Shown here piece after piece: positions 39,729-48,829 of a stretch of DNA of 64,000 nt. The position numbers were made by a program, and so were the translations under genes. Source of the DNA: an uncultured Pseudomonadota bacterium (lineage in GTDB: Bacteria > Pseudomonadota > Gammaproteobacteria > Steroidobacterales > Steroidobacteraceae); the NCBI GenBank assembly GCA_963711635.1, contig CAVQEZ010000011.1:61832-125831 (forward strand). Reading direction: 5' to 3'. How positions within the stretch are numbered: position 1 is the first letter of the stretch; each line of letters starts with the position of its first letter. Below the pieces are notes generated by a model. The model saw only the letters and a program-made list of their open reading frames with translations, was not told where the DNA came from and searched no databases.

Positions 39729-40715
39729 TCAATAAGCGCGATCGGGCAGCGCCGTCGCTGCGTTCTCGCGCGTGAACACGGACTCCTGCGTGATCACGCG
39801 CCTGGGAATCGGCTTGCCGGCCGCGATGTTCTTCACCACGGCCACGAGCTGCGGCCCGAGCAGCGGACTGCACTCCACGCTCACGTTGAGTTTGCCGGCG
39901 ACGATGGCCTCGAGCCCCTTGCGGCTGCCTTCGACCGAGATCACGAGGATGTCGCTTCCAGGTTTGAATCCCGCAGCTTCGATGGCCTCGATGGCGCCGA
40001 GCGCCATGGTATCGCTGTGTGCGTACACGACGCGGATGCGCCGAGCGTTGGCGCGCAGGAATTCCGCCATGAGTTCGCGCGCGCGGGTGCGCTCGAAGTC
40101 GGCGCTCTCCGATCGGACCAGGCGGTAGCGCCAGTCGGGCGCAACGATTTCGAAGAATCCCTTGCTGCGGCCATTGGCGGGCGCGGAATCCACCGAACCT
40201 TGCAGCTCGACGATACCGATCTCGCCCGTTACGCCTCGGGTGTGTTCGAGAAGCCAGGCGCCAGCGCGCCGGCCTTCCTCGACGAAGTCCGAGCCGACCA
40301 GCGAAGCGTACAGCGACTCGTCACTGATCTCGATGGTGCGATCCGTGAGGATCACGGGAATCCCGGCCGACTTTATCTCACGCAGCACGACCTCCCAGCC
40401 GGTCTCGACCACGGGAGAGAAGGCGATTACGTCGACGCGCTGACGGACGAAAGAACGCAGCGCCGCTACCTGCTTCTCGCGGCTGCGCTGCGCATCTTCG
40501 AGTCGCAGCTCGATGCCGGCGTCGCTCGCCGCCTTGCGGATGGATTCCGTGTTGGCGGAGTTCCAGTTGGCATCCGCCGCGAGCTGACTGAAGCCGAGCA
40601 CCAAACGCGGCTTGCCATTCGCGTCTTCGTCGCTCGAGCCACCCGAGCAGCCCCCGAATATCGAGAGCAGCACGAGCAGCGCGAGAGAGTTCATCTGTCG
40701 AACGCGGCGTCTCAT
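39729..40715 (-). CDS. Periplasmic sugar-binding lipoprotein (ABC substrate-binding protein, RbsB/YtfQ-like), orphan
   Basis: Lipobox LSIFGGC. Type-I periplasmic binding fold blocks (LGFSQLAADANWN, VDVIAFSPV, PVILTDR, VYAHSDTMALGAIEAIEAAG). No permease or ATPase gene is nearby. The start may be 40715 or 40694. Confidence 0.8.
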   Translation of the reverse strand: MRRRVRQMNSLALLVLLSIFGGCSGGSSDEDANGKPRLVLGFSQLAADANWNSANTESIRKAASDAGIELRLEDAQRSREKQVAALRSFVRQRVDVIAFSPVVETGWEVVLREIKSAGIPVILTDRTIEISDESLYASLVGSDFVEEGRRAGAWLLEHTRGVTGEIGIVELQGSVDSAPANGRSKGFFEIVAPDWRYRLVRSESADFERTRARELMAEFLRANARRIRVVYAHSDTMALGAIEAIEAAGFKPGSDILVISVEGSRKGLEAIVAGKLNVSVECSPLLGPQLVAVVKNIAAGKPIPRRVITQESVFTRENAATALPDRAY

Positions 40716-40786
40716 GTGGGCTTGCGAAGCCTGCGCCTTCGCGTGGGCTTTCAACAAGTCCCGGACGGGTACGGAAATATACTAGG

Positions 40787-40839
40787 GCGTGCGAGCTGCG
40801 ATCTCGCTGTGCCGGTGGCTATCCGTGCTCGTCATCGGC
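40787..40839 (+). repeat. Degenerate orphan copy of the 3' end of the 32675-33121 gene
   Basis: Would encode ...AAISLCRWLSVLVIG, against ...AGISLCLWLSVLVAG in the intact gene. It overlaps the stop of the convergent hydrolase gene. Confidence 0.7.
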
Positions 40840-41776
40840 TGTCCTGCATGCCCAGTATCAGCTTGGCGATCTCGTCCGCCTTGTCCTCGAGTGCGAAATG
40901 TCCGGTGTCCAGCAGGTGCAGCTTCGCGCCCGGTAGATCCCGCAGATAGGCACGGGCGCCGGCTGCCGGGAATATGAGGTCGTTCTGACCCCAGACGATC
41001 AGCATTGGCGGCTGATGCTTGCGGAAGTACTCGTGCCACTCGGGATAGAGACTAAGGTTCGTCCGATAGTCGTAAAGGAGGGCCAGCATGATCTCCTTGT
41101 TGCCGGCGCGATTCAGCAGCGCCCGCTGCAGTACCCAGCTGTCGGGATCGATGCGTGCCGGGTCCTTCACGCCATGCGTGTAGTTCCATTCGAGTGCGGC
41201 GTCCGACATCGCGGCATCGCGGATCTTCTGGAAGTTCGCCGGCGAGGGGTCTTTCCAAAGCGTACGGGCTGGCGTCCAGAAGCTGTCGGGAAGCCCTTCT
41301 TCGTAGGCGTTCGCGTTCTGGGCCACCAGGAACGAGATCTTCTCGGGGTGCCGGGTCGCAAGCCGGAATCCCACCGGCCCGCCGAAGTCCTGCATGTAGA
41401 GCGCGTACTTCTCGAGTCGCAGCGTGTGGGTGAACTTCTCGACGATGTCAGCCAGCCGGTCGAAAGTGTACGAGAACTCGTTGATCGACGGTGCATCGCT
41501 GTAGCCGAAGCCCGGGTAATCCGGTGCGAGCACATGAAATCGACCGGCGAGCTTTTCGATGAGATCCCGATACATGAAGGAGGAGGCTGGGAAACCGTGT
41601 AACAGCAGCATGACCGGAGCGTCGGTTCGGCCGGCTTCACGGTAGAAAACATTCGCGCCGTCAATCTTGACGGTGCGGTAGTGAACGTCCGGCCGCGCGA
41701 GCGCGGGCGCAGCGTGAGCAAGCAGTGCGACCGCAGTGATCAGCAGGAAGACACGGGAAGTGAATACTGAAGCCAT
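40832..41776 (-). CDS. Secreted alpha/beta hydrolase (epoxide hydrolase / haloalkane dehalogenase-like)
   Basis: Has a signal peptide. VMLLLHGFPASSFMYR...APDYPGFGYSD, MQDFGGPVG elbow, and a C-terminal GHFALED. GAGGAG SD. Confidence 0.85.
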   Translation of the reverse strand: MASVFTSRVFLLITAVALLAHAAPALARPDVHYRTVKIDGANVFYREAGRTDAPVMLLLHGFPASSFMYRDLIEKLAGRFHVLAPDYPGFGYSDAPSINEFSYTFDRLADIVEKFTHTLRLEKYALYMQDFGGPVGFRLATRHPEKISFLVAQNANAYEEGLPDSFWTPARTLWKDPSPANFQKIRDAAMSDAALEWNYTHGVKDPARIDPDSWVLQRALLNRAGNKEIMLALLYDYRTNLSLYPEWHEYFRKHQPPMLIVWGQNDLIFPAAGARAYLRDLPGAKLHLLDTGHFALEDKADEIAKLILGMQDSR

Positions 41777-41874
41777 GAAATCGCTCCTCGGTAACTCTTA
41801 AAAACGTCGCTAGAACGTTACAAGCCGACTGCTAACGTGTCAAACGGTATTTATTTGGTTACACTCGGGCCGCC

Positions 41875-42480
41875 ATGAATCTCCCCGCGCAACCGTTGTT
41901 TCTCGGCAGCCATCCCGCGGTCGACTTTCTCAACACGGCCTTTGCGCCGAATGGCATGCACATCGAGACGATCCCCGACGGACGCGCATTGCTCGACTGG
42001 ATGGTGGGCGCTGGGCTGCTGAAAGAGGCGGACGCCGCCAGGCTGATGCGCCGGGCCGGCAGCACGGTGCTCGATTCGGCAGCTCAGGAGGCGAGAAAAG
42101 TGCGTGAGTGGGCGCGCCGCTGGCTCGAACGCTGGCGATCGGCGCCGGATGACGATTACGACCAGGAGATCGCAGCGCTGAACAAGTTACTCGCGCGCGC
42201 TGCGTGGCACGACGAAGTTGTCGTGACCGACGAAGGGGCCAGGATCCTTGCAAACGTTCCCAGCAACGATCCCGACGCGCTGGTGGCACTGATCGCGCGG
42301 CAGATCGCGGCGTTGATCACCAAGGAGAACGCGTCATTGCTCAAGTCGTGCACCGGTTCCGGATGCACGCTGTGGTTCCTGGATCGCACCAAGGCTCACC
42401 GCCGTGTGTTTTGCAGCGCGACTGCCTGCGGAAACCGCGCCAAGGTGGCGGCATTCAGGCAACGTCAGCGCGACGGTTGA
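41875..42480 (+). CDS. CGNR zinc-finger (ABATE domain) protein
   Basis: VDFLNT at the N-terminus. C-terminal CxxxxC...FCSATACGNRAKVAAFRQR. Confidence 0.85.
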   Translation: MNLPAQPLFLGSHPAVDFLNTAFAPNGMHIETIPDGRALLDWMVGAGLLKEADAARLMRRAGSTVLDSAAQEARKVREWARRWLERWRSAPDDDYDQEIAALNKLLARAAWHDEVVVTDEGARILANVPSNDPDALVALIARQIAALITKENASLLKSCTGSGCTLWFLDRTKAHRRVFCSATACGNRAKVAAFRQRQRDG

Positions 42481-43722
42481 ATGCTGACCCCTCGCCAACA
42501 CAGGATGCCTATCGCGCTGCTGTGCGCGTGCATGGCATCGCTCGCACGAGCGGCCATCCTGCCCACCGACCTCGAGGCGAGAATCGGCGCCAACTACCAG
42601 CCCGTGGATGCGGACGAGCGTGCCATCTGGCAGAACCTGCAGGGTGTCGAAGAGGCGATTCGCACCTCGCCGCAGCGACTGATCGCGCCGGACCTGGAGG
42701 CCTATACCCGCAGGGTCGTCGAACGGCTGATCGGACGGCCCGCGCCGGACTTGCGCATCTACCTGATGCGCGATGCGTCGTTCAATGCGGCGATGTTGCC
42801 CACCGGCATGATGATCGTGAACACGGGCCTGCTGGCCCGTGTTCGCAACGAGGCGCAGTTCGCCGCCGTGCTGGGGCACGAGGCCGGGCACTATTTCCGC
42901 AAACATTCCCTCGATCGCTATCGTGACATCCGCCACAAGTCAGAGAGGTCCGCGGCCGTGGTTGCCGCGGGCGGCATGACCGGCATCGGACACCGCGCCA
43001 TCGATCCGTCGTGGAGCCTGATCTACCAGGCCACCCTGATGTCGATTTTCAAGTTCAGCCGGGGCCAGGAGTCCGAGGCCGACGCCTACGGCCTCATGCT
43101 CATGGCGCGCGCCGGGTACCCGCCGCGGGCCGCGTTCGCGATGTGGGAGCAGCTCGTCGATGAGCGCCGGGCCAGCGCCGCCGCGCGCGACAAGCGCTAC
43201 CGCGACGGGACGAGCTCCGCGTTGTCGACCCATCCACCCACTGAAGGCCGCATCACCGACCTGACCGACACGGCCGACCATCTGGGCGCGAAGGGCGAAC
43301 TTCCCGGCGGCGAAGGCCGTGACGAGTGGGCCGCGGCCATTCGTCCTTACCTGGCCATGCTGCTGCAGGAGCAGATCTACCTCAACGATCCGGGGGCCAG
43401 CCTCTATCTACTCGCGAACCTGGCGCAGGACGGCTGGACCGGGCTGCTGCGATTCAATGAAGGCGAGGTCTACCGGCTGCGCAATGCGAAGGGCGACGAT
43501 CTGAAGGCCGCGGCCGCGTACGCCGCCGCCACGGCGCTGGCGGACGCACCGCCCGAAGCGTGGCGCGCCCACGGCTACGCGCTGCTGAAGGCGGGCAACC
43601 AGGCCGAAGCACACGAGGCGCTGAATCGATACCTGGCGATGAAACCCGATGCGCCGGATGCCGCCATGATCCGTTTTACCCTGATAACCGCCGACGAGAC
43701 TGAAGTGGCAGGAGGCGCATGA
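42481..43722 (+). CDS. M48-family Zn metallopeptidase with a TPR-like C-terminal region
   Basis: The ATG directly abuts the upstream TGA. LGHEAGHYFRKHS (HExxH) and ESEADAYG. Confidence 0.85.
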   Translation: MLTPRQHRMPIALLCACMASLARAAILPTDLEARIGANYQPVDADERAIWQNLQGVEEAIRTSPQRLIAPDLEAYTRRVVERLIGRPAPDLRIYLMRDASFNAAMLPTGMMIVNTGLLARVRNEAQFAAVLGHEAGHYFRKHSLDRYRDIRHKSERSAAVVAAGGMTGIGHRAIDPSWSLIYQATLMSIFKFSRGQESEADAYGLMLMARAGYPPRAAFAMWEQLVDERRASAAARDKRYRDGTSSALSTHPPTEGRITDLTDTADHLGAKGELPGGEGRDEWAAAIRPYLAMLLQEQIYLNDPGASLYLLANLAQDGWTGLLRFNEGEVYRLRNAKGDDLKAAAAYAAATALADAPPEAWRAHGYALLKAGNQAEAHEALNRYLAMKPDAPDAAMIRFTLITADETEVAGGA

Positions 43723-44204
43723 CCGTGAATCCGGGTTCAAGCTGGAAAAGGCTCCCCGCGAACATGAGCCAGACCCCGTGGGAAGAGGTGTGGACCTGGA
43801 ATGGGCCGCAGCTCGACAGGATGGCCTTGGTCGGCGGATTGCCCGATGGCAAAGCGCATCATTTTTCAGGACAAGAACGGCCGATCAACAGGTGCCGGTG
43901 TTCCGCGCCGACATGACGGCGCTGGACCTCACGTCGATGGTCGAGGTCTCGTATCGCGTCAACGGCGTCACGGTGTTCAACTTCGACTCCGTCGAGCCGG
44001 TCGATTTTCTCGGCGGCTCCGGCGTCAAGCTGCGCTACAACTATGCGTCGGGCATCGGCATTTACGAAGAAGGGCAGTTGCGTGATGCGCGTCGTCGATC
44101 AGAAGCTGTACGCGATGAAACTCGAGGGCGTCGCGAATGATTCCTTCGACGCGGTCGTCACCCAGTTCGATCAACTGGTGGCCAGTGCGCGGTTGCGCAA
44201 ATAG
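43719..44204 (+). pseudogene. Hypothetical protein, readable only across three +1 frame changes
   Basis: GGAGG SD and ATGA overlap with the M48 stop. Plausible peptide segments fall in frames 0, 1, 2, 0, with switches near 43858, 43885 and 44075. It ends ...VTQFDQLVASARLRK. Confidence 0.45.
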
Positions 44205-44218
44205 GTCGCAAGAGCGAA

Positions 44219-44249
44219 CCCCCGTCGGGAGACCGGCGGGGGTTTTTTT
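44219..44249 (+). terminator. Rho-independent terminator
   Basis: CCCCCGTCGG-GAGA-CCGGCGGGGG (10-bp stem with one G-U pair) followed by T7, 15 nt after the stop at 44204. Confidence 0.8.
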
Positions 44250-44270
44250 GTCTCGGGTAGCGGGACGCTA

Positions 44271-44372
44271 TCAGCTCGACAGGCCCGACCAGTCGAACAC
44301 CGCCGCAACCGCGAGGGTAACGACGACCAGTGTGGTGATGCGATTGAGCAGGGACTTGACGGACGGGTTCAT
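44271..44372 (-). CDS. Candidate 33-aa hydrophobic small protein
   Basis: AAGGAG lies 6 nt before the ATG. The peptide is MNPSVKSLLNRITTLVVVTLAVAAVFDWSGLSS. About 88 percent of third positions are G/C. It is too short to appear in the ORF track. Confidence 0.35.
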   Translation of the reverse strand: MNPSVKSLLNRITTLVVVTLAVAAVFDWSGLSS

Positions 44373-44485
44373 GACAACTCCTTGGGCGACTATGTATTGA
44401 CGACGGTGAGGAGATTGCGCGAACCGCGGGCCTGGGCGTAGTGGAACCTGTCACGCTGGAAACTGACAAGTGTCACGGGTGAAGC

Positions 44486-45391
44486 TCAGCCGCACGTGCC
44501 GCGCGGCTTCTGCACGCGGTGATAGTCACGTCCCACCCAGACGTTGTGCCCCGCTTCCCAGGTGCTGCCGGCGTGACTGTCGCTGAGACCTGAAGCAGTC
44601 GCCGCCCAGGTTCCCGCATCGATCAGATAGTTCTCGCCCGTCACGTTGGGCCTGCGGTCCCGCGTGGCGTATTCCTGATGCCGGCTGACTCGGGCGCAGG
44701 GCAGGCGGGCAGCGACTTCCTCCATGGCGAACGCCACGGCGCGATGATCGTGATGATCGCCCGGGTTGCGACGTTCATCCAGCTCGGCGATGTGCAGGTT
44801 CAGCGCAAGGCCAGGCACGAGCTCGCTCGCGATGACGGCCTCCAGCGTGGCGACGAAATCGCTCCATCCCGCATAACGCGCGCTGTCGTCGATGGCCTTC
44901 GTCTCGGCGGACGCGCCCGAACGCAGACGCTGCAGCGAAAGCGGATGCTCCTGGGAGTCGTTGCCGTTGACGATGTTGCCGTCGTGTATGCGCAGGAAAT
45001 ACGCGACGGCGTTCGCATAGTTGTGTCGAGCCACTTTGTGTCCGGCGCGCTCGACGGCTTCAGGCTTGGTGTCGGTGCCCAGCGCGGCTGTCGCGTTGGC
45101 GGCGTTGGCCATGAAGCGGATGGCGCGCAGCGCGCCTTCCTCGCGCGCGAGGTAATAAGGAGTCGGTTCCCCGCCCATGCCCCGGCCGGCGTCGCCCGCC
45201 GAGACGTGCACGAACACGGCCTTCTCGTGCGGGTCGTTCATGGCGTGGAACGCGTCGGGGTTCATGAAGAGCTGCCAGTCGTCGGGATGCGCGACGACGA
45301 AAACGCTGACCGCTGGCGTCGGCGGCGCCTCGCGTGGAAGCCCTGCGCAGCCGGAGATCAAAAACAACGCGACGAACGCGCCGTATTTCAT
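44486..45391 (-). CDS. PIG-L / LmbE-family deacetylase lipoprotein
   Basis: Lipobox LISGCAG. VVAHPDDWQLF and NPGDHHDHRA metal-site motifs. GGGGAGAA SD. Confidence 0.75.
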   Translation of the reverse strand: MKYGAFVALFLISGCAGLPREAPPTPAVSVFVVAHPDDWQLFMNPDAFHAMNDPHEKAVFVHVSAGDAGRGMGGEPTPYYLAREEGALRAIRFMANAANATAALGTDTKPEAVERAGHKVARHNYANAVAYFLRIHDGNIVNGNDSQEHPLSLQRLRSGASAETKAIDDSARYAGWSDFVATLEAVIASELVPGLALNLHIAELDERRNPGDHHDHRAVAFAMEEVAARLPCARVSRHQEYATRDRRPNVTGENYLIDAGTWAATASGLSDSHAGSTWEAGHNVWVGRDYHRVQKPRGTCG

Positions 45392-45497
45392 GCCAGTTCT
45401 CCCCAATATGTCTCCCAAGGCAACAAGGCTAGCCGAGGGTGGACTGCGCCGCCATCGCACCGGGCCCCAATGCCGCTCGATTTCGGGTGCGCCTCCT

Positions 45498-47072
45498 TCA
45501 CGGCTCCGAAGATCGATAGTGATCCTGCATCGGGTAGCGACGCGCATACCAGGCGAAGGCAAGCGCGACGACCAGCGCGAACGCCGCGAAGAAGAACATG
45601 AGGAATGCGTTTTCCGTGAGACCGGTATCCGCGACGCGCGATATCACCGCTTCGTTGCGCACGCTCGCATTGACCACGAGCACCCACAGATTTCCGACCG
45701 TCACCGACAGATACCAGAACGCCATGATCACGCCTTTCATGGATTGCGGCGCCTGGCTGTACGCAAACTCGAGCCCCGTCGCCGACACCAGCACCTCGCC
45801 GAACGTGAGCAGTACATAGGGCAGCACCTGCCAGACGATGGAAACCGCATCGCCATGGTCGATCGAAAGCTGGATGGCGCCTGCCGCGATCCACGCGAGA
45901 CCCGAAAACGCGATGCCGAAACCCATCCGCCGCAGCGGTGTCACCTCGACACCCAGGCGGCGCAGTGCCGGATAGAGGACGAGGTTGTTGAACGGAATCA
46001 GGATCATGACGAGCGCCGGATTCAGCGCCTGCATCTGCGCGGATGAAAACCACTCGGGCTTCACCATCTGGTCCGCCTGCAGGATCCACGTCGATGCCTT
46101 CTGATCGAACAGCGACCAGAATGGCGTCACGAGCGCGAATACGATGAGGATGCGCAGCACGGCGCGGACGCCCTCGATGCGTTCAGGAGGATGAACCGTG
46201 CTCGCGCGATCGAGTTGCAGGTACGCACCGGTGCCGCCGAACGTCAGCAAGAAGACGAGAGCGAGGCATGCTGATATCACGAAGCCGAAGGACTCCATCA
46301 ACGCAAACGCACCGAGGGCCAGCGTGGCGCCGATGGCGGCGATGCTGAGCCCTGGGCGCCCCTGTCCCTCGCCGCGAGACCATAGCGCGGTGCGCGCGAC
46401 GCGCAGAAATGAATGCGGGTCGGCGGTTGTGGGCGGAACGTTCACGTATTTCTTGCGCCCCGCCCAGAAGATGACAGTGGCGATGAACATCAGGATTCCC
46501 GGGATGCCGAATGCCACCGCCGCGCCATACTTGCGCAGAAAAATGGGCATGAGCAGCGAGGCGAAGAACGACCCGAAGTTGATGGTCCAGTAGAAGGCAT
46601 CGAACACGATCTTGGCGATGTGTTTGTTGCTCTGATCGAATTGATCGCCGACGAACGAAACGACCAGTGGTTTGATGCCGCCGGAACCCAGCGCGATGAG
46701 GAACAGCCCGATGTAGAAGCCCGTGCGGTTGTCGTCGAACGCCGCGAGGCACGCATGTCCGGCGCAGTAGACGAGCGACAGCCACAGGATCGTGCGGTAC
46801 TTGCCGAGTAGCCGGTCGGCGATCCAGCCGCCGAGCAGCGGGAAGAAGTACACGCCGATCACGAAGGAATGAAACACGTCCTTGGCGAGCCCGGCACGCT
46901 CGGCTTCGGGTGCGTACAGCAGGAGTGAGCTCACGAGGAACGGCGTCAGGATGTTGCGCATCCCGTAGAAGCTGAAGCGCTCGCAGGCCTCGTTACCGAT
47001 GATGTAGGGAACCTGCCGCGGCAAATGCGCCTTGGCGGATGCCGCTCGTGGGTTGACTTCGGTGCTGGACAT
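45498..47072 (-). CDS. POT/PTR2-family proton-dependent oligopeptide transporter
   Basis: NEACERFSFYGMRNIL (ExxERFxYY-type motif), GGWIADRLLGKYRTI, 12-14 TM helices. Confidence 0.9.
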   Translation of the reverse strand: MSSTEVNPRAASAKAHLPRQVPYIIGNEACERFSFYGMRNILTPFLVSSLLLYAPEAERAGLAKDVFHSFVIGVYFFPLLGGWIADRLLGKYRTILWLSLVYCAGHACLAAFDDNRTGFYIGLFLIALGSGGIKPLVVSFVGDQFDQSNKHIAKIVFDAFYWTINFGSFFASLLMPIFLRKYGAAVAFGIPGILMFIATVIFWAGRKKYVNVPPTTADPHSFLRVARTALWSRGEGQGRPGLSIAAIGATLALGAFALMESFGFVISACLALVFLLTFGGTGAYLQLDRASTVHPPERIEGVRAVLRILIVFALVTPFWSLFDQKASTWILQADQMVKPEWFSSAQMQALNPALVMILIPFNNLVLYPALRRLGVEVTPLRRMGFGIAFSGLAWIAAGAIQLSIDHGDAVSIVWQVLPYVLLTFGEVLVSATGLEFAYSQAPQSMKGVIMAFWYLSVTVGNLWVLVVNASVRNEAVISRVADTGLTENAFLMFFFAAFALVVALAFAWYARRYPMQDHYRSSEP

Positions 47073-47205
47073 CAATGCGTGCCCTCGAATGGTCTTCTGA
47101 AGCGGCGTCGGCGGTGAATATGACCGCAAGCGGATCCCGTCTGATATTCCAGCCGGGATCAAACACGTATACAAGCGAAACCTCGGTCACCGGAGGTTTT
47201 CTCCC

Positions 47206-48789
47206 ATGTGTCGCCCGACGTTCGTCCGCTTACCCTTTCTCATTGTTTTGCTGTGCACGCTCGTCACGGCGTGCGGCGTAAACCCGGTTACGAAGAAGAA
47301 GGAAATCCAGTTCGTCTCCGAATCGCAGGAGTTGCAGATCGGCGAGAACAACTATTCGCCGACGCGCCAGGGCGAGGGCGGGGACCTCACTGTGCTGCCG
47401 GAGCTCACGACCTACGTGAACGGCGTGGGCCAGAAGCTCGCGGCCGTCTCGGATCGCAAGCTGCCGTATGAATTCGTGGTGCTCAACAACTCGGTGCCCA
47501 ATGCCTGGGCGCTGCCCGGCGGCAAGATCGGCGTGAATCGCGGCCTGTTGACCGAGCTGAAGAACGAAGCGGAGCTGGCCGCGGTGCTCGGCCACGAAAT
47601 CGTGCACGCCGCCGCGCGGCACGGCGCCAAGGCGCAGGAGCGCGGCACGATGATGCAGGTGGGCATGGTCGCGGCACAGATGGGCGCAGCCATGAGCGGC
47701 GCCAACTCGGATGTCGCCAGCCTCGCGCTGGGTGGCGCCGGAGTCGGCCTGCAGATGATCCAGATGAAATATGGCCGCGACCAGGAGCTCGAGAGCGATC
47801 AGTACGGAATGAAATACATGAAGTCCGCGGGCTTCGATCCGTGGGGCGCGGTGACTCTGCAGGAAACCTTCGTACGCCTGTCGGAAGCCGGCGGTGCCAA
47901 GCAGCAGAGCTGGATGGAAGGCCTGTTTGCGTCTCACCCGCCCTCTCAGGAGCGCGTCGACAAGAACAAACAAACCGCTGAAACGCTCGGGCGCGGGGGC
48001 GAGGTCGGCGCCGAATCCTTTGCGGCCGCGACGCGGCAGCTTCGCCAGATGAAGCCGGCCTACGACAAGCACGACCAGGCCATGGCTGCCGCACAGAAAA
48101 AGGACTATTCGGAAGCGAAGAAGCTCGCGGGGGAGGCGGCGAAGGCCGTGCCCAACGAAGGCATCTTCCACGTGCTGCTTGGCCAGATCGCGCTCGCCGA
48201 GAAGCAGCCCGAGGCCGCCGCAGGCGCATTCGACAAGGCCATGCAGTTGAGTCCCAACTACTTCGCGCCGTACCTCGGCGCCGGAGTCGCCCAGACGCAG
48301 CTCGGCAACAAGCAGAAGGCCGAGGAGTACCTGAAGCGCAGCGCGCAGATGCTGCCGACGGCGCCCGCGGCGTTTTATCTCGGCAATCTGGCGCGCGAAC
48401 GGGGTGACATCGCGGCGGCGCGTGAGTACTACCAGGCCGCGGCGAGCTCGCAGAGTCCCATCGGCCAGGCCGCGGCGGTGGAATTCACGAAGATGGATCT
48501 ACCGCAAAATCCTGGCAACTACGTTGGCGCGGGCGGCCAGTTCGATGCGCAGGGGAGGCTCATGGTGGTGGTGCAGAATCGTTCCAAGGTGCCGCTCGAT
48601 ACCATCCAGGTGACGCCCGTGCTGATCGATGTCGCCGGGCGTGTGGTGCAGCAGGGCGATCCGGTGGTCATCCGCGCGGTGCTCAAACCAGGCGAGCAGG
48701 CCGCGGCGGCAAGCGGCATCGGCAGCATCACGCAGGAACAAATGCAGGCACTGCGTTTCCGTGTGGACGGCGCCAAAGTTGCGGAGTGA
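47206..48789 (+). CDS. M48-family metalloprotease lipoprotein with TPR repeats
   Basis: Lipobox LVTACG. LGHEIVHAAARHG (HExxH) and ELESDQYG, followed by TPR-like repeats. GGAGG SD. Confidence 0.85.
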   Translation: MCRPTFVRLPFLIVLLCTLVTACGVNPVTKKKEIQFVSESQELQIGENNYSPTRQGEGGDLTVLPELTTYVNGVGQKLAAVSDRKLPYEFVVLNNSVPNAWALPGGKIGVNRGLLTELKNEAELAAVLGHEIVHAAARHGAKAQERGTMMQVGMVAAQMGAAMSGANSDVASLALGGAGVGLQMIQMKYGRDQELESDQYGMKYMKSAGFDPWGAVTLQETFVRLSEAGGAKQQSWMEGLFASHPPSQERVDKNKQTAETLGRGGEVGAESFAAATRQLRQMKPAYDKHDQAMAAAQKKDYSEAKKLAGEAAKAVPNEGIFHVLLGQIALAEKQPEAAAGAFDKAMQLSPNYFAPYLGAGVAQTQLGNKQKAEEYLKRSAQMLPTAPAAFYLGNLARERGDIAAAREYYQAAASSQSPIGQAAAVEFTKMDLPQNPGNYVGAGGQFDAQGRLMVVVQNRSKVPLDTIQVTPVLIDVAGRVVQQGDPVVIRAVLKPGEQAAAASGIGSITQEQMQALRFRVDGAKVAE

Positions 48790-48829
48790 AGGCGCAGGGA
48801 CGTTCACCGGTCATGAGCACCCCGTGTCA

